A stretch of DNA of 64,000 nucleotides, from the NCBI GenBank assembly GCA_965248695.1, contig CBDFKD010000002.1:4128001-4192000 (forward strand), read 5' to 3'. Made by a program: the position numbers and the translations under genes. The number at the start of each line of letters is the position of its first letter. The stretch's first letter is position 1. Of the stretch, positions 39,309 through 48,739 are shown one piece after another. Below the pieces are notes generated by a model that saw only the letters and a program-made list of their open reading frames with translations, was not told where the DNA came from and did not search any database. Origin of the DNA: Acidobacteriota bacterium. GTDB taxonomy: Bacteria; Acidobacteriota; UBA890; WLXD01.

Positions 39309-39599
39309 TCCAGCGCCCCTCTGCGGGTACGAGTAGCCGGAGCGTCGCACCACCCGTGCTGTTCTGATCCCGACGACGACCTGAGCGACGCCACGTCGCG
39401 GACGGCCTGGACCGGAAGAACTCCTCCCTCGGTCCGGGCCGTTGTCTGTCCGTGGCTGATTCAACGCCTGGCGGCCGCCGGGGTCCGGAGCGCCTACGCC
39501 TGATTCATGTGTGGTTGGCGCGATTTACAGCGGCCGGTATGTCGCCGCCGAGGTGGCATCGGACCACGACCGGGCGCGGCGCGGTGTATACGGGGTCGC

Positions 39600-40919
39600 A
39601 TGACGTCCCCGCCGATCTCGCTGAGGCGCCGTTTCTTTCGGCTCGCCATTCCCAACATCCTCTCCAACGTCACGGTGCCGTTGGTAGGCCTGGTCGACAC
39701 AGCCCTCCTTGGCCACTTGCCGAATATCAACTATCTCGCCGGGGTGGCGCTCGGGGCCGTGATCTTCGACTATTCCTACTGGTCGTTCGGGTTCCTGCGC
39801 ATGGGTACTACCGGAACGACGGCACAGGCCGTAGGGCGTGGCGATCAGCGCGAGATCTACCACATCCTTTACCGGGCGCTGGCAGTCGCCCTTGCCGTCG
39901 CTGTCGTGCTCCTGCTGGCGCGCCATCTGATTCGCGACATCGGGTTTGCCGTGCTGTCGGGCTCACCGGGCGTGGAACAGGCCGGTGCCGGGTACTTCAA
40001 CGCTCGCATTTGGGGCGCGCCGGCCACCCTGAGCAACTATGTGTTGCTCGGCTGGCTTCTGGGGCGGGAACGGGCCCGCGAGGCACTCCTGATCGTCGTG
40101 CTCGGCAACCTGGCGAACCTGGCACTCGACTACGTTTTCATCATGCATTTCGGTTGGGCGGCCTGGGGGGCCGGCGCGGCGACCGCTCTGAGCCAGTACG
40201 CCATGCTGGCGATCGGAGTGGTGTGCGTCTGCCGCCTTGGCAAGCTCGAGCCCTTTGTCGTGGCCGAGCTGCTCGATCGCGATCGCCTCACCGAGCTGTT
40301 CCGGCTGAATCGCGACATCCTGGTACGCACGCTGGCGCTGATGACCACGTTCGCCCTGTTCACCAATTTCAGCGCCCTCATCGGAACGACGGTCCTGGCC
40401 GCCAACGCCATCCTCCAGCGGTTGCAGCTATTAGCCGCCTACCTGATCGACGGAGCGGCCTTCGCCACCGAGAGTCTCGCCGGCATCTACTATGGTCAGC
40501 GCGACCTCGACCAGCTGCGGCGTGTTCTGCGGCTCGCCATGATCACCGGCATGGCATTTGCCGTTCCGGTAGTGGCGGCATTGCTGCTGGCGCCGGAGAC
40601 GATCCTCGGCCTCATGACGTCGCACGTGGCGGTCATCGAGACGGCCCGCCAGTATGCGCCCTGGATGGCGCCGGCGCTGCTGTTCGGATCGATCGCCTAC
40701 ATCTACGATGGCTTCTTCATCGGCATAACGGAGGGCCGCGTGCTCCGCAACCAGATGGCCATCAGCTTCCTGTTGTTCTTGCCGATCGCCTGGCTGGCCG
40801 TGCGACGCGGCGACAACCACCTGCTGTGGATCGCCATGGTGATCTTCATGGTCGGGCGCGTGGTGACGATGAAAGTGGGGGAGCGCCGGGTTCTCGGTCG
40901 GATGGAGGTTCCGCGGTGA
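39600..40919 (+). CDS. dinF: MATE family efflux transporter (DinF-like)
   Basis: LAIPNILSNVTVPLVGLVDTA, FGFLRMGTTG, about 12 TM helices. Confidence 0.92.
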   Translation: MTSPPISLRRRFFRLAIPNILSNVTVPLVGLVDTALLGHLPNINYLAGVALGAVIFDYSYWSFGFLRMGTTGTTAQAVGRGDQREIYHILYRALAVALAVAVVLLLARHLIRDIGFAVLSGSPGVEQAGAGYFNARIWGAPATLSNYVLLGWLLGRERAREALLIVVLGNLANLALDYVFIMHFGWAAWGAGAATALSQYAMLAIGVVCVCRLGKLEPFVVAELLDRDRLTELFRLNRDILVRTLALMTTFALFTNFSALIGTTVLAANAILQRLQLLAAYLIDGAAFATESLAGIYYGQRDLDQLRRVLRLAMITGMAFAVPVVAALLLAPETILGLMTSHVAVIETARQYAPWMAPALLFGSIAYIYDGFFIGITEGRVLRNQMAISFLLFLPIAWLAVRRGDNHLLWIAMVIFMVGRVVTMKVGERRVLGRMEVPR

Positions 40920-41392
40920 TCACCACGCGCGACAACCTTCAGGTGGCGCTGGTTGAGCCTGAGATCCACGGCAATACCGGAAACGCCGGGCGCACGTGTC
41001 TGGCCGTCGGGGCCCAGCTGCACCTCGTCGAGCCGCTCGGGTTCGAGGTCGACGACGCCCGCGTGCGGCGGGCTGGCCTCGACTACTGGCCCCGCGTGGC
41101 GCCGCGGACGTGGGGCAGCTGGCCGGGGCTGGAGCAGCGGCTGCCCGAGATGGGGCACGCGTATTTCTTCTCGGCCGAGGCCGAGCGCGAGTACTGGGAC
41201 GCAGACTATCGCCGACCGGTGACTCTGATCTTCGGGCGCGAGTCCGTCGGCCTGCCCGAGGCTGTGCGGGCTCGTTACCAGGATCGTTTGCTGCGTTTCC
41301 CGATCGACGATGCGGGAGTGCGATCGCTGAACCTCGCGAACTGCGTGGCGCTGGCATGCTTCGAGGTACTGCGTCAGCGTCGAGGCGACTGA
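40916..41392 (+). CDS. trmL: tRNA (cytidine/uridine-34 2'-O)-methyltransferase
   Basis: EPEIHGNTGN, LHLVEPLGF, RRAGLDYW, FGRESVGLP, RSLNLAN. Confidence 0.95.
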   Translation: MITTRDNLQVALVEPEIHGNTGNAGRTCLAVGAQLHLVEPLGFEVDDARVRRAGLDYWPRVAPRTWGSWPGLEQRLPEMGHAYFFSAEAEREYWDADYRRPVTLIFGRESVGLPEAVRARYQDRLLRFPIDDAGVRSLNLANCVALACFEVLRQRRGD

Positions 41393-41442
41393 GGTTGAGG
41401 CGTCGTTACCCCGGTCGTAGTGATTGTTCCCGTTGAGCGCAG

Positions 41443-42600
41443 CTACGCGCCCAGCGCCTGCTCGAGATCGGCGATCAGATCTTCGGCTGCCTCGATGCCG
41501 ACCGACAGGCGGATGAGGCTGTCGGTGACCCCCGCGGCGTCGCGTGCCTCCGGCGTCATGCCGGCGTGGGACGTTGTCGAGGGCCGCGTGATGAGTGTCT
41601 CGACGCCACCCAGGCTCGGAGCCTCGATCGGCAGCTGCAGGTTCTTGACCACCTGGCGCGCAGCATCGACGCCACCCGTTGCATCGAAGCTCAACATGCC
41701 GCCGAAGCCATCCAGCAAGCGCTCAGCGCGCTCGTGGTCGGGGCTGCTCGACAGACCCGAGTAGCTCACGGAGTCCACGCGTGGGTGCGCTTCGAGGTAC
41801 TCGGCCACGCGCAGCGCGTTGTTGTTCTGTTGACGCAGGCGCACCGCCAGCGTCTTGACGCCACGATGCAACAGGAAGCAGGCGTGCGGATCCAGCGAGC
41901 CCCCCAGATGGTTGGCGGTCCGGCGTACGCTCTCCACTAGCGACTGCGTGCCGATCACGGCGCCGGCGGCGAGATCGGAATGACCGTTGAGGTATTTGGT
42001 GGCCGAATGCAGCGACAGATCGAAACCCCACTCCGCCGGCCGGAAGTTGTAGGGGCTGGCGAACGTGTTGTCGATCATCGACAGCAGGCCGCGATCCTTG
42101 GCGAACGCGGCGATCGAATCGAGCTCGGCGACCTGGACGAGCGGATTGGTGATGGTCTCGGCGTAGATGATCTTCGTCTCGGGCCGTACGAGGTCGCCCC
42201 ACGAATCGGCGTCGGTGGGATCGAACACATCGGCGGTGATTCCCCAGCCGGGTAGGTCGTCGAAGACGAAGGCATGGGTACCGCCGTACAGGCAGTCCTG
42301 CACCAGCAGGTGGTCGCCCTGGCGTAAGACCGACAGCAGAGCCGTGGTGATCGCCGCCATCCCGCTGCTGGTGGCGAGCGCCGCCTCGGCGTTCTCGAGT
42401 GCCGCCAGCTTGGCGTGGAGCACGGTGTGGCTCGGAGTGTTGCTCAGCCGCACGTAGCGGATGTCGTCGTAGGAGTCGCTGCCGGCGAACTCGAACGTCG
42501 ACGACTGGAAGATTGGCGTCACGAGCGCGTCGCCGATGCGGGGTTCCGGCTCGCCGGCGTGGATCAGCTTGGTGTCGATGCTGTGGTCGTGGTCGGCCAT
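41443..42600 (-). CDS. PLP-dependent trans-sulfuration enzyme (Cys/Met metabolism family)
   Basis: PIFQSSTF, SSGMAAI, YGGT, ETITNP, DNTFASP, HSATKYLNGHSD, SLGGVE, IRLSVGIE. Confidence 0.93.
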   Translation of the reverse strand: MADHDHSIDTKLIHAGEPEPRIGDALVTPIFQSSTFEFAGSDSYDDIRYVRLSNTPSHTVLHAKLAALENAEAALATSSGMAAITTALLSVLRQGDHLLVQDCLYGGTHAFVFDDLPGWGITADVFDPTDADSWGDLVRPETKIIYAETITNPLVQVAELDSIAAFAKDRGLLSMIDNTFASPYNFRPAEWGFDLSLHSATKYLNGHSDLAAGAVIGTQSLVESVRRTANHLGGSLDPHACFLLHRGVKTLAVRLRQQNNNALRVAEYLEAHPRVDSVSYSGLSSSPDHERAERLLDGFGGMLSFDATGGVDAARQVVKNLQLPIEAPSLGGVETLITRPSTTSHAGMTPEARDAAGVTDSLIRLSVGIEAAEDLIADLEQALGA

Positions 42601-42877
42601 GCGGGGTCTCCTGATTGGTACAGCCCGGTCGCTGGTGGCGCCGTTAGTCTACTGTGCCCGATGGTCGCGGGAGGCGCGAGCCGGTGGGCTCCGCGCGCGC
42701 TGGGCGGCGCCCACAGGGAGCACCGACTGAACCGGCGGCCCGACTAATCGGTCCGCCGGGCCGGGCCACCGACCCGCGTTGTGCTATTTTTCCCGCACCT
42801 TCGGAACTCACAGCCCTGCGCCGGCATCGAACTGGCATCAGGGTCCGCCCGAGCAACACTCCCCGAGACGCTTTGCC

Positions 42878-45328
42878 ATGCAAGACTTCCTGCAGGATCT
42901 AAAGTTCGGCGTCCGCACGCTGCTGCAATCCCCGGGGTTCGCGTTGATCGCCGTGCTCACGCTGGCGCTAGGTATCGGTGCCAACTCGGCCATCTTCAGC
43001 GTCGTGAACGGCGTCATTCTGAAGCCGCTGCCGTACCAGGACCCGGAGCGGTTGGTGTTCGTCACTACGGCGTTTCCGACGATGGGCTTCGACAAGTTCT
43101 GGATGTCGCAGCCGGAGTACCAAGAGTACGCCGAGTGGGGCGAGGCGATCGTAAATCTGGGCGCGTACAACACAGGAGAGGTCAGCATAACCGGCGGAGA
43201 TTCGCCGGTACGGGTGAGCTCGGCCACGGTGACGCGCTCGTTCTTCACGGTGCTCGGTGTCGAGCCGATCGCCGGCCGGATCTTCACCGCCGACGAGGAC
43301 GCCCCGGGTGGACCGGCAGCGGCGGTTCTGTCGTGGGAGCTGTGGCAGCGGGGGTTCGGCGGCCGCGAGGGAGCGGTCGGCGAGACCGTGGAGATCAACG
43401 GGGCGACGACCGCGATCGTCGGTGTCATGCCCGCCGGTTTCGATATTCACGACAACGGCACCGAGGTCTGGACGCCGCTGCAGCTGGATCCGGCGGCGCC
43501 GCGGCCGCGCGGCAACCACTTCTTGTTCGCCGTCGGCCGGCTCGACGACGGGGCTACGGCCGGCGAAGCATCAGCGGAGCTCCGGGGGCTGGTGACGCAG
43601 TGGCGAGATCGTGTACCTGACGGTCACGTGCCCAGTCCGGAGGGGCATCCGCTCAACAACCAGGATCTCCAAGACGAGGTCGTGGGCGAGGTGCGACCGG
43701 CGTTGCTGCTGCTGCTCGGCGCCGTCGGATTCGTGCTGCTGATCGCCTGCGCCAACGTTGGCAACCTGCTGCTGGCGCGCGCTGAGGCACGGCAGAAGGA
43801 GATCGCCATCCGCACGGCGCTCGGAGCGGGTCGCGCGCGCCTGGTACGGCAGTTTCTCACCGAGAGTGTGCTGCTGGCACTCGCGGGCGGCGCGGCGGGC
43901 CTGGTGCTGGGCACCTGGGGCTTGCGGGCGTTGCTCGCAACGAGCCCCGATGCCGTCCCGCGCATCGGCGAGATCTCGATGGATGGCTCGGTGCTGGCGT
44001 TCACCACCGCGGTCTCGCTGCTCACCGGCCTGCTGTTCGGCATGGCGCCGATGATGCACATGACGGTACGGAATCTGGCCAACTCGCTGCGCGAGGGCGG
44101 TGAGCGCTCCACCAGTGGGTCCGGAAAGCTCCGCCTGCGGCGCCTGCTCGTGGTCAGCGAGATCGCGCTGGCGGTGGTCCTGGTGATCGGTGCGGGCCTC
44201 ATGTTGCGTAGCTTCGGTGAGCTGCAGAATGTCGACCCCGGCTTCGACCCCGACGGCCTACTGACCTTCAGGCTCTACCTTCCAGCTGCCGACTACGTCG
44301 ACGGACGGGCGCAGGTCGCCTTCTTCAATCAGCTGATCGACGAGCTCGGCGCGCTCCCCGGAGTGGCCAGCGCAACAGCCATGAGCGGGCTTCCACCGCG
44401 CCGTCGGCTCAACGCCAACGACACTGAGTTCGAAGGCCTCGAGCGTACCGAGGACGGCCCGCCCCACAACGTCGACTTCTACCAGTCGGTGACCGAAGGG
44501 TACTTCGACACCATGGGGATCGGCCTGGTAGACGGACGGCCGTTCGGTGATCAGGATATGGGCGACGGCGCCCAACCGGTGGCGATCGTCAACCGGACGC
44601 TGGCATCGCTTTTCTTCCCGGGCGAGAGCCCTGTCGGGCGGCGCCTGCGGCCGTGCTGCGGCGACGGCAATCCGTGGATGTCGATCGTCGGCGTGGTGGC
44701 GGACGTGAAGCAGGACGGCGTCGAGAACGAGACCGGCACCGAGCTGTACTTCTACACCCCGCAGATGGCCGCGATGGCCAACTTCGCGCCCCGGAGCATG
44801 AACGTCGTTCTGCGGACCACCGTGCCGCCGATCGAGATCGCCGGGCAGGCTCGGCAGACCGTCTGGTCGCTGGACGGAACGCTGCCGCTGGCGGATCTAC
44901 AGACCATGAGCAGCGCGCTGCGGTCGTCCGTGGCGCGGCCGCGGTTCCTCACCCTGCTGCTGGGAGTGTTCGGTGCCGTGGCGCTGGCGCTGGCCGCGGT
45001 AGGCACCTACGGCGTCATGTCGTACTCGGTGGCGGAGCGCTACCGTGAGCTCGGGATCCGCATGGCGTTGGGCGCCGAAGCTGGCGGCGTGCTGCTCATG
45101 GTGCTCGCTCAGGGACTGCGGGTCGCCGGGGTGGGGCTGGTTCTCGGTGTTACTGCCGCCTTCTTTCTGACGCGGTTCATGGGCTCGTTGCTCTACGGGA
45201 TCGGCGCCACCGACACGGCCACGTTCGTCGTCGTGCCGCTGTTGCTGGTGGCGGTGGCGGCATGCGCCTGTCTGGTGCCGGCGCGTCGGGCAACGCGCGT
45301 CGATCCGATGGTGGTGCTGCGCGAGTGA
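42878..45328 (+). CDS. Duplicated MacB/FtsX ABC permease (ADOP type), no prefix domain
   Basis: [11 protein letters not shown]..., [53 protein letters not shown]. Confidence 0.93.
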   Translation: MQDFLQDLKFGVRTLLQSPGFALIAVLTLALGIGANSAIFSVVNGVILKPLPYQDPERLVFVTTAFPTMGFDKFWMSQPEYQEYAEWGEAIVNLGAYNTGEVSITGGDSPVRVSSATVTRSFFTVLGVEPIAGRIFTADEDAPGGPAAAVLSWELWQRGFGGREGAVGETVEINGATTAIVGVMPAGFDIHDNGTEVWTPLQLDPAAPRPRGNHFLFAVGRLDDGATAGEASAELRGLVTQWRDRVPDGHVPSPEGHPLNNQDLQDEVVGEVRPALLLLLGAVGFVLLIACANVGNLLLARAEARQKEIAIRTALGAGRARLVRQFLTESVLLALAGGAAGLVLGTWGLRALLATSPDAVPRIGEISMDGSVLAFTTAVSLLTGLLFGMAPMMHMTVRNLANSLREGGERSTSGSGKLRLRRLLVVSEIALAVVLVIGAGLMLRSFGELQNVDPGFDPDGLLTFRLYLPAADYVDGRAQVAFFNQLIDELGALPGVASATAMSGLPPRRRLNANDTEFEGLERTEDGPPHNVDFYQSVTEGYFDTMGIGLVDGRPFGDQDMGDGAQPVAIVNRTLASLFFPGESPVGRRLRPCCGDGNPWMSIVGVVADVKQDGVENETGTELYFYTPQMAAMANFAPRSMNVVLRTTVPPIEIAGQARQTVWSLDGTLPLADLQTMSSALRSSVARPRFLTLLLGVFGAVALALAAVGTYGVMSYSVAERYRELGIRMALGAEAGGVLLMVLAQGLRVAGVGLVLGVTAAFFLTRFMGSLLYGIGATDTATFVVVPLLLVAVAACACLVPARRATRVDPMVVLRE

Positions 45329-45435
45329 GGCTCGGAGGGCTAGTACGACAGGCATCGGTTCGGGGGAGGCACGAGCGGCCGCCGACCAAGTCTGTGGGGC
45401 GATGGGCGCGGAAGCCCAGTAACATGGGCAGCATC

Positions 45436-46347
45436 ATGAGGAGCTTCCGGGTGCTGGTTCACGGTGTCGCGTTGGTCGGAGTGGTGACGTTGTTGGGTGT
45501 GGCGGTGACGATGGCGGCCGGCGACGGGGTACCGGTGCTGGTGTCGACGGATTGGCTGGCCGAGCACATCGACGACAAGGAGGTCGTCGTGTTTCAGGTC
45601 GCCATGGCGACCACCGATGCTCCGGTGGAATACATCGCCGGGTCCGGTCTGCTCGATTATCACGTCGTCGCAGCGATGGAGCGCAGCGGCCTGATCGTCG
45701 AGATGCAGCCGGTCGAGGAAATGGTGGCCGCGTTGCGTCGGGCCGGCGTCGGGAGCGACCGGCACGTGGTGCTGTACGGCAAGCCGGCGCACTATGCGGC
45801 GCGCGTTTACATGACGCTCGACTACTTGGGGCACGACCGGGTATCGGTGCTGGACGGCGGGCTCGACGCCTGGAAGGACGAGGGTCGCGCCCTGCAGCCC
45901 CGGCCGACCACGTTCGCGGCCGGCGACTTCACGCCGGAGCGGCGCGACGACGTGTTGGTGACGCTCGATTGGGTGCGCGATCACCTCGACGACAGCGCCG
46001 TGGTGCTGGTAGATGCGCGGCCGGCCGACGAGTTCCGTGGCGACGCCCGCTCCGGCCGGATGCGGCCGGGACACATTCCGGGCGCGCGGAACATCTACTG
46101 GATCGACTTGCTCGAGTCGGAGGAAATGCCCCGCCTGCTCGACCTCGAGGACGTGCGGCAGCGCTACCAGGCCGCTGGCGCGACGGCTGACAGCGTCGTG
46201 GTGAGCTACTGCTACATCGGCATGCGGGCCAGCTACACCTACCTGATCGGCAAGTACCTGGGGTTCGAGACCCGGTTCTTCGACGGCTCCCGGAACGAGT
46301 GGGCCGCGTACGAGGACCTCCCCGCCGAGCTCGGAGAGTCCCGCTAG
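45436..46347 (+). CDS. Exported tandem-rhodanese sulfurtransferase
   Basis: Signal peptide, LVSTDWL, VLDGG, VDARP, GHIPGA, active site YCYIGMRAS, FDGS. Confidence 0.88.
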   Translation: MRSFRVLVHGVALVGVVTLLGVAVTMAAGDGVPVLVSTDWLAEHIDDKEVVVFQVAMATTDAPVEYIAGSGLLDYHVVAAMERSGLIVEMQPVEEMVAALRRAGVGSDRHVVLYGKPAHYAARVYMTLDYLGHDRVSVLDGGLDAWKDEGRALQPRPTTFAAGDFTPERRDDVLVTLDWVRDHLDDSAVVLVDARPADEFRGDARSGRMRPGHIPGARNIYWIDLLESEEMPRLLDLEDVRQRYQAAGATADSVVVSYCYIGMRASYTYLIGKYLGFETRFFDGSRNEWAAYEDLPAELGESR

Positions 46348-46579
46348 CGAGGTACCGCGCGTGGGTGTTGTTCGTCGGCGACCATCAGTTCCGGCCCGCC
46401 GGCGCTGAAGCGGTGCGTATCCGCTTCGCGATGGAGGGTAGTCGCGCCACCGGTCTGACGGTGCTCGACCCATGGCTGTTCCGAACGTCGCTACCCGTAC
46501 GGCCGTTTGCCCTGAGGAACGCTCAGCCCCGTGGCGGCTGCCGCACTGGAAACACGGTTGGCTGATGTGCTAGCGTCAG

Positions 46580-46600
46580 GCTAACTGTAGTTAAGTTAGC
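46580..46600. promoter_or_regulatory. Putative PadR operator
   Basis: GCTAACT-GTAGTTA-AGTTAGC inverted repeat 28 nt upstream of the padR ATG. Confidence 0.65.
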
Positions 46601-46628
46601 TCGATTGACATTAGTAGGGAGTTTTTCC

Positions 46629-47054
46629 ATGGCGGCCGAATCCGGACGCGCAGGGGTAGGCGGGGTGGCGCGGCCCACGGGCGAACCCGAGGATGTCCAG
46701 GGTATCGAGACCCTCCTACCGCTGCCACAGCTGGCCTTCCAGGTGTTGTTGGCGCTGGCGGCGGGACACAACCACGGCTACGGCATCGCCAAGGAGATCG
46801 AGCTCAACACCGGCGGTCGCACGCGACCCGGCACCGGCTCGCTGTATCTGTCGATGGCGAAGCTGAAGGATCAAACATTGATCGAGCCGTGCGATCCGCC
46901 GCCCAGCACTGGGCGGTCGGATGCGCGCCGCCGCTACTATCGGTTGACGACGGCTGGCCGCGCCGCTGCCGCTGCCGAGGGACGACGGCTGGCGCGGTTG
47001 GTGCGGCTGGCGCGCCAGCGAGACTTGCTGACCGCCGGGGAGGAGGCCTGCTAG
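46629..47054 (+). CDS. PadR family transcriptional regulator
   Basis: FQVLLAL..G.NHGYGIAKEI, PGTGSLY, RRRYYRLT..GR. Confidence 0.93.
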   Translation: MAAESGRAGVGGVARPTGEPEDVQGIETLLPLPQLAFQVLLALAAGHNHGYGIAKEIELNTGGRTRPGTGSLYLSMAKLKDQTLIEPCDPPPSTGRSDARRRYYRLTTAGRAAAAAEGRRLARLVRLARQRDLLTAGEEAC

Positions 47055-47056
47055 CT

Positions 47057-48001
47057 GTGCGCGCACCCTCACGTGCCTACCGGCGGCTCGTCGACTGGCT
47101 GCTGCCGCGCTGGATGCGGAGCGCGTGGGGCGACGACCTGATCGCCACTTTCGAAGCACGCCGTCTCTAGATCGGTGGTTATGGTTGGCTGCGGCGCTTT
47201 TCGTTCTGGCTGCAAGAGACGGCCTCCTTGGCCCGCGTTGCCGCTGTCGCCAGAGTTAGGCGGCGACGGATCCGGATCGACGACAGGTACACCCAAACGC
47301 CTGAGGGGAAGCCGTTCCGGATTCGTCGTCCGCCGCATGACACACGGTCGTTACGCGTAGCCTGGGTAATCGCCATCAGCGTCCACTTCGGTCTCTTCAC
47401 GGCAGTTTGGCCGGTTGGTGAGCAGGTCGTGGAAGCGCGGCCGCGGCACGCGGTCGTGGTCATCCGGCGCCTTCCGCCGCCGCCCCCGCCGGAGCGCAAG
47501 ATCGAGCGCCGACCGGTGCGTCGCGACGCCCCGCTGGTTCCTATTCCCGACCCGACGCCGGCCGCGCCCGAGATCATCGAGCTACCGGATTTCGAGCCCA
47601 CAGTGACCGATGTTGCCGACTTGGTGTTTGTCGGCATTCCGGTTCCGGTGCCTCCGCAGCCGGCACCGGAGCCAATCCCGGAGCCAATCCCGGAGCCGGT
47701 CCCAGAACCAGGTATCTATCGGGGCGGTGTCGACGTGGAGCGGCCGCGGCTGGTGGCCAGCCCGCAGCCGGAATACTCCGACCTGGCGCGTTGGGCGCGC
47801 TTGGAGTGCACCGTGGTTCTGAAGGCCATGATCGGCATCGATGGCGACGTGGCCGACCTGCATGTTGTGGAGCCCTGCAGGCTCGGGCTCACCGATGCGG
47901 CGATGGCGGCGGTGGCCAGGTGGCGCTATGAGCCGACGTTGGTCAACGGTCGGCGGGTCCCGGTGAACGTCCGTGTCACGGTGCGCTTCCATCTGGACTG
48001 A
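47057..48001 (+). pseudogene. Prefix-domain/TonB fusion protein interrupted by in-frame TAG at 47168-47170
   Basis: GGAGG RBS + GTG; YRRLVDWLLPRWMRSAWGDDLIATFEARRL*IGGYGWLRRFSFWLQE continues in frame into TM (SVH), Pro-rich linker and TonB_C (PQPEYSDLAR, WRYEPT, VRFHL). Confidence 0.8.
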
Positions 48002-48038
48002 GCTCGAGCGGGTGGTGGAGGCTTTCTTCGGTCAAACC

Positions 48039-48067
48039 TTGACTGATCGTTCCGTGTTTGCTAGATT
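48039..48067 (+). promoter_or_regulatory. Sigma70 promoter TTGACT-N17-TAGATT with overlapping TetR operator GACTGATCGTTCC (48041-48053)
   Basis: Exact 17-bp spacer; ATG 7 nt downstream of -10 (leaderless-like). Confidence 0.75.
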
Positions 48068-48074
48068 GGCTACC

Positions 48075-48662
48075 ATGACACGCGGACCGGACAAGCAATT
48101 TGATCGCGACGAGGCGCTCGGACGAGCCATGCAGCTGTTCTGGACGAACGGCTATGAGGCCACCGGGGTCACCGAGCTGCTCGACACCATGGGCATCGGT
48201 CGCCAGAGCATGTACGACACCTTCGGCAACAAGCGCGACCTGTTCGTGGAGTCGCTGAACCTGTATGTAAGCCGACAGGTCGGACAGATGCGCGCCATTC
48301 TTCGTGCCCCCGGGTCGGGCCTCGCGAACCTCCAGCAGCTAATCGGCTTGTGGGAGCGAATGGGTCGCGAGCAGGATTGCGGCTGCCTGGTGGGCAACAC
48401 CGTCGCAGAGCTCGGACCTCACGACGCCGAGATCGGTTCCTGTGTCGGTCGCGCCTTGGAGTCACTGCGAGGAGACTTCGTTGCGACCGTGCAAAGGGCG
48501 CAGGCGAAGGGTGAGATCGCCGGCCATCTGGATCCGGAAGATATGGGGAATCTGATGATCGTCGCGGCGCAGGGAGCCGCCCTGTTGAGCAAGGTTCCGG
48601 AGAGGAAGGAACTCGCCATTGGCGCCATGCGTGGGCTGCTGAGCGTCCTTCAAGCGGCGTGA
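48075..48662 (+). CDS. TetR/AcrR family regulator (NemR/ComR-like)
   Basis: RGPDKQFD, FWTNGYEATG, GIGRQSMYDTFGNKRDLF, GCLVGN. Confidence 0.95.
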   Translation: MTRGPDKQFDRDEALGRAMQLFWTNGYEATGVTELLDTMGIGRQSMYDTFGNKRDLFVESLNLYVSRQVGQMRAILRAPGSGLANLQQLIGLWERMGREQDCGCLVGNTVAELGPHDAEIGSCVGRALESLRGDFVATVQRAQAKGEIAGHLDPEDMGNLMIVAAQGAALLSKVPERKELAIGAMRGLLSVLQAA

Positions 48663-48681
48663 GCTTTTTTTTGTTCCATAT

Positions 48682-48699
48682 ATGGACTGATCGTTCCAT
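48682..48699. promoter_or_regulatory. Second TetR operator upstream of MMPL gene
   Basis: ATGGACTGATCGTTCCAT dyad with 13-bp core identical to 48041-48053. Confidence 0.8.
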
Positions 48700-48739
48700 G
48701 TTAATGCGGGCAACCGCACCTACAGAAGGGAAGGAAGCA

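Noticed and set aside
42623-42776. Possible SAM riboswitch upstream of the trans-sulfuration gene
   Set aside because: Some pairing (TTAGTC/GACTAA, GCCCGG/CCGGGC) but no SAM-I/II/IV core motifs recognised; GC-rich stems are expected by chance.
47168-47170. Pyrrolysine or genome-wide TAG recoding
   Set aside because: Many genes here end properly in TAG and no pyl genes are visible.
47667-47710. 12-bp tandem repeat CCGGAGCCAATC
   Set aside because: Encodes the ordinary PEPI linker of TonB; not a CRISPR.
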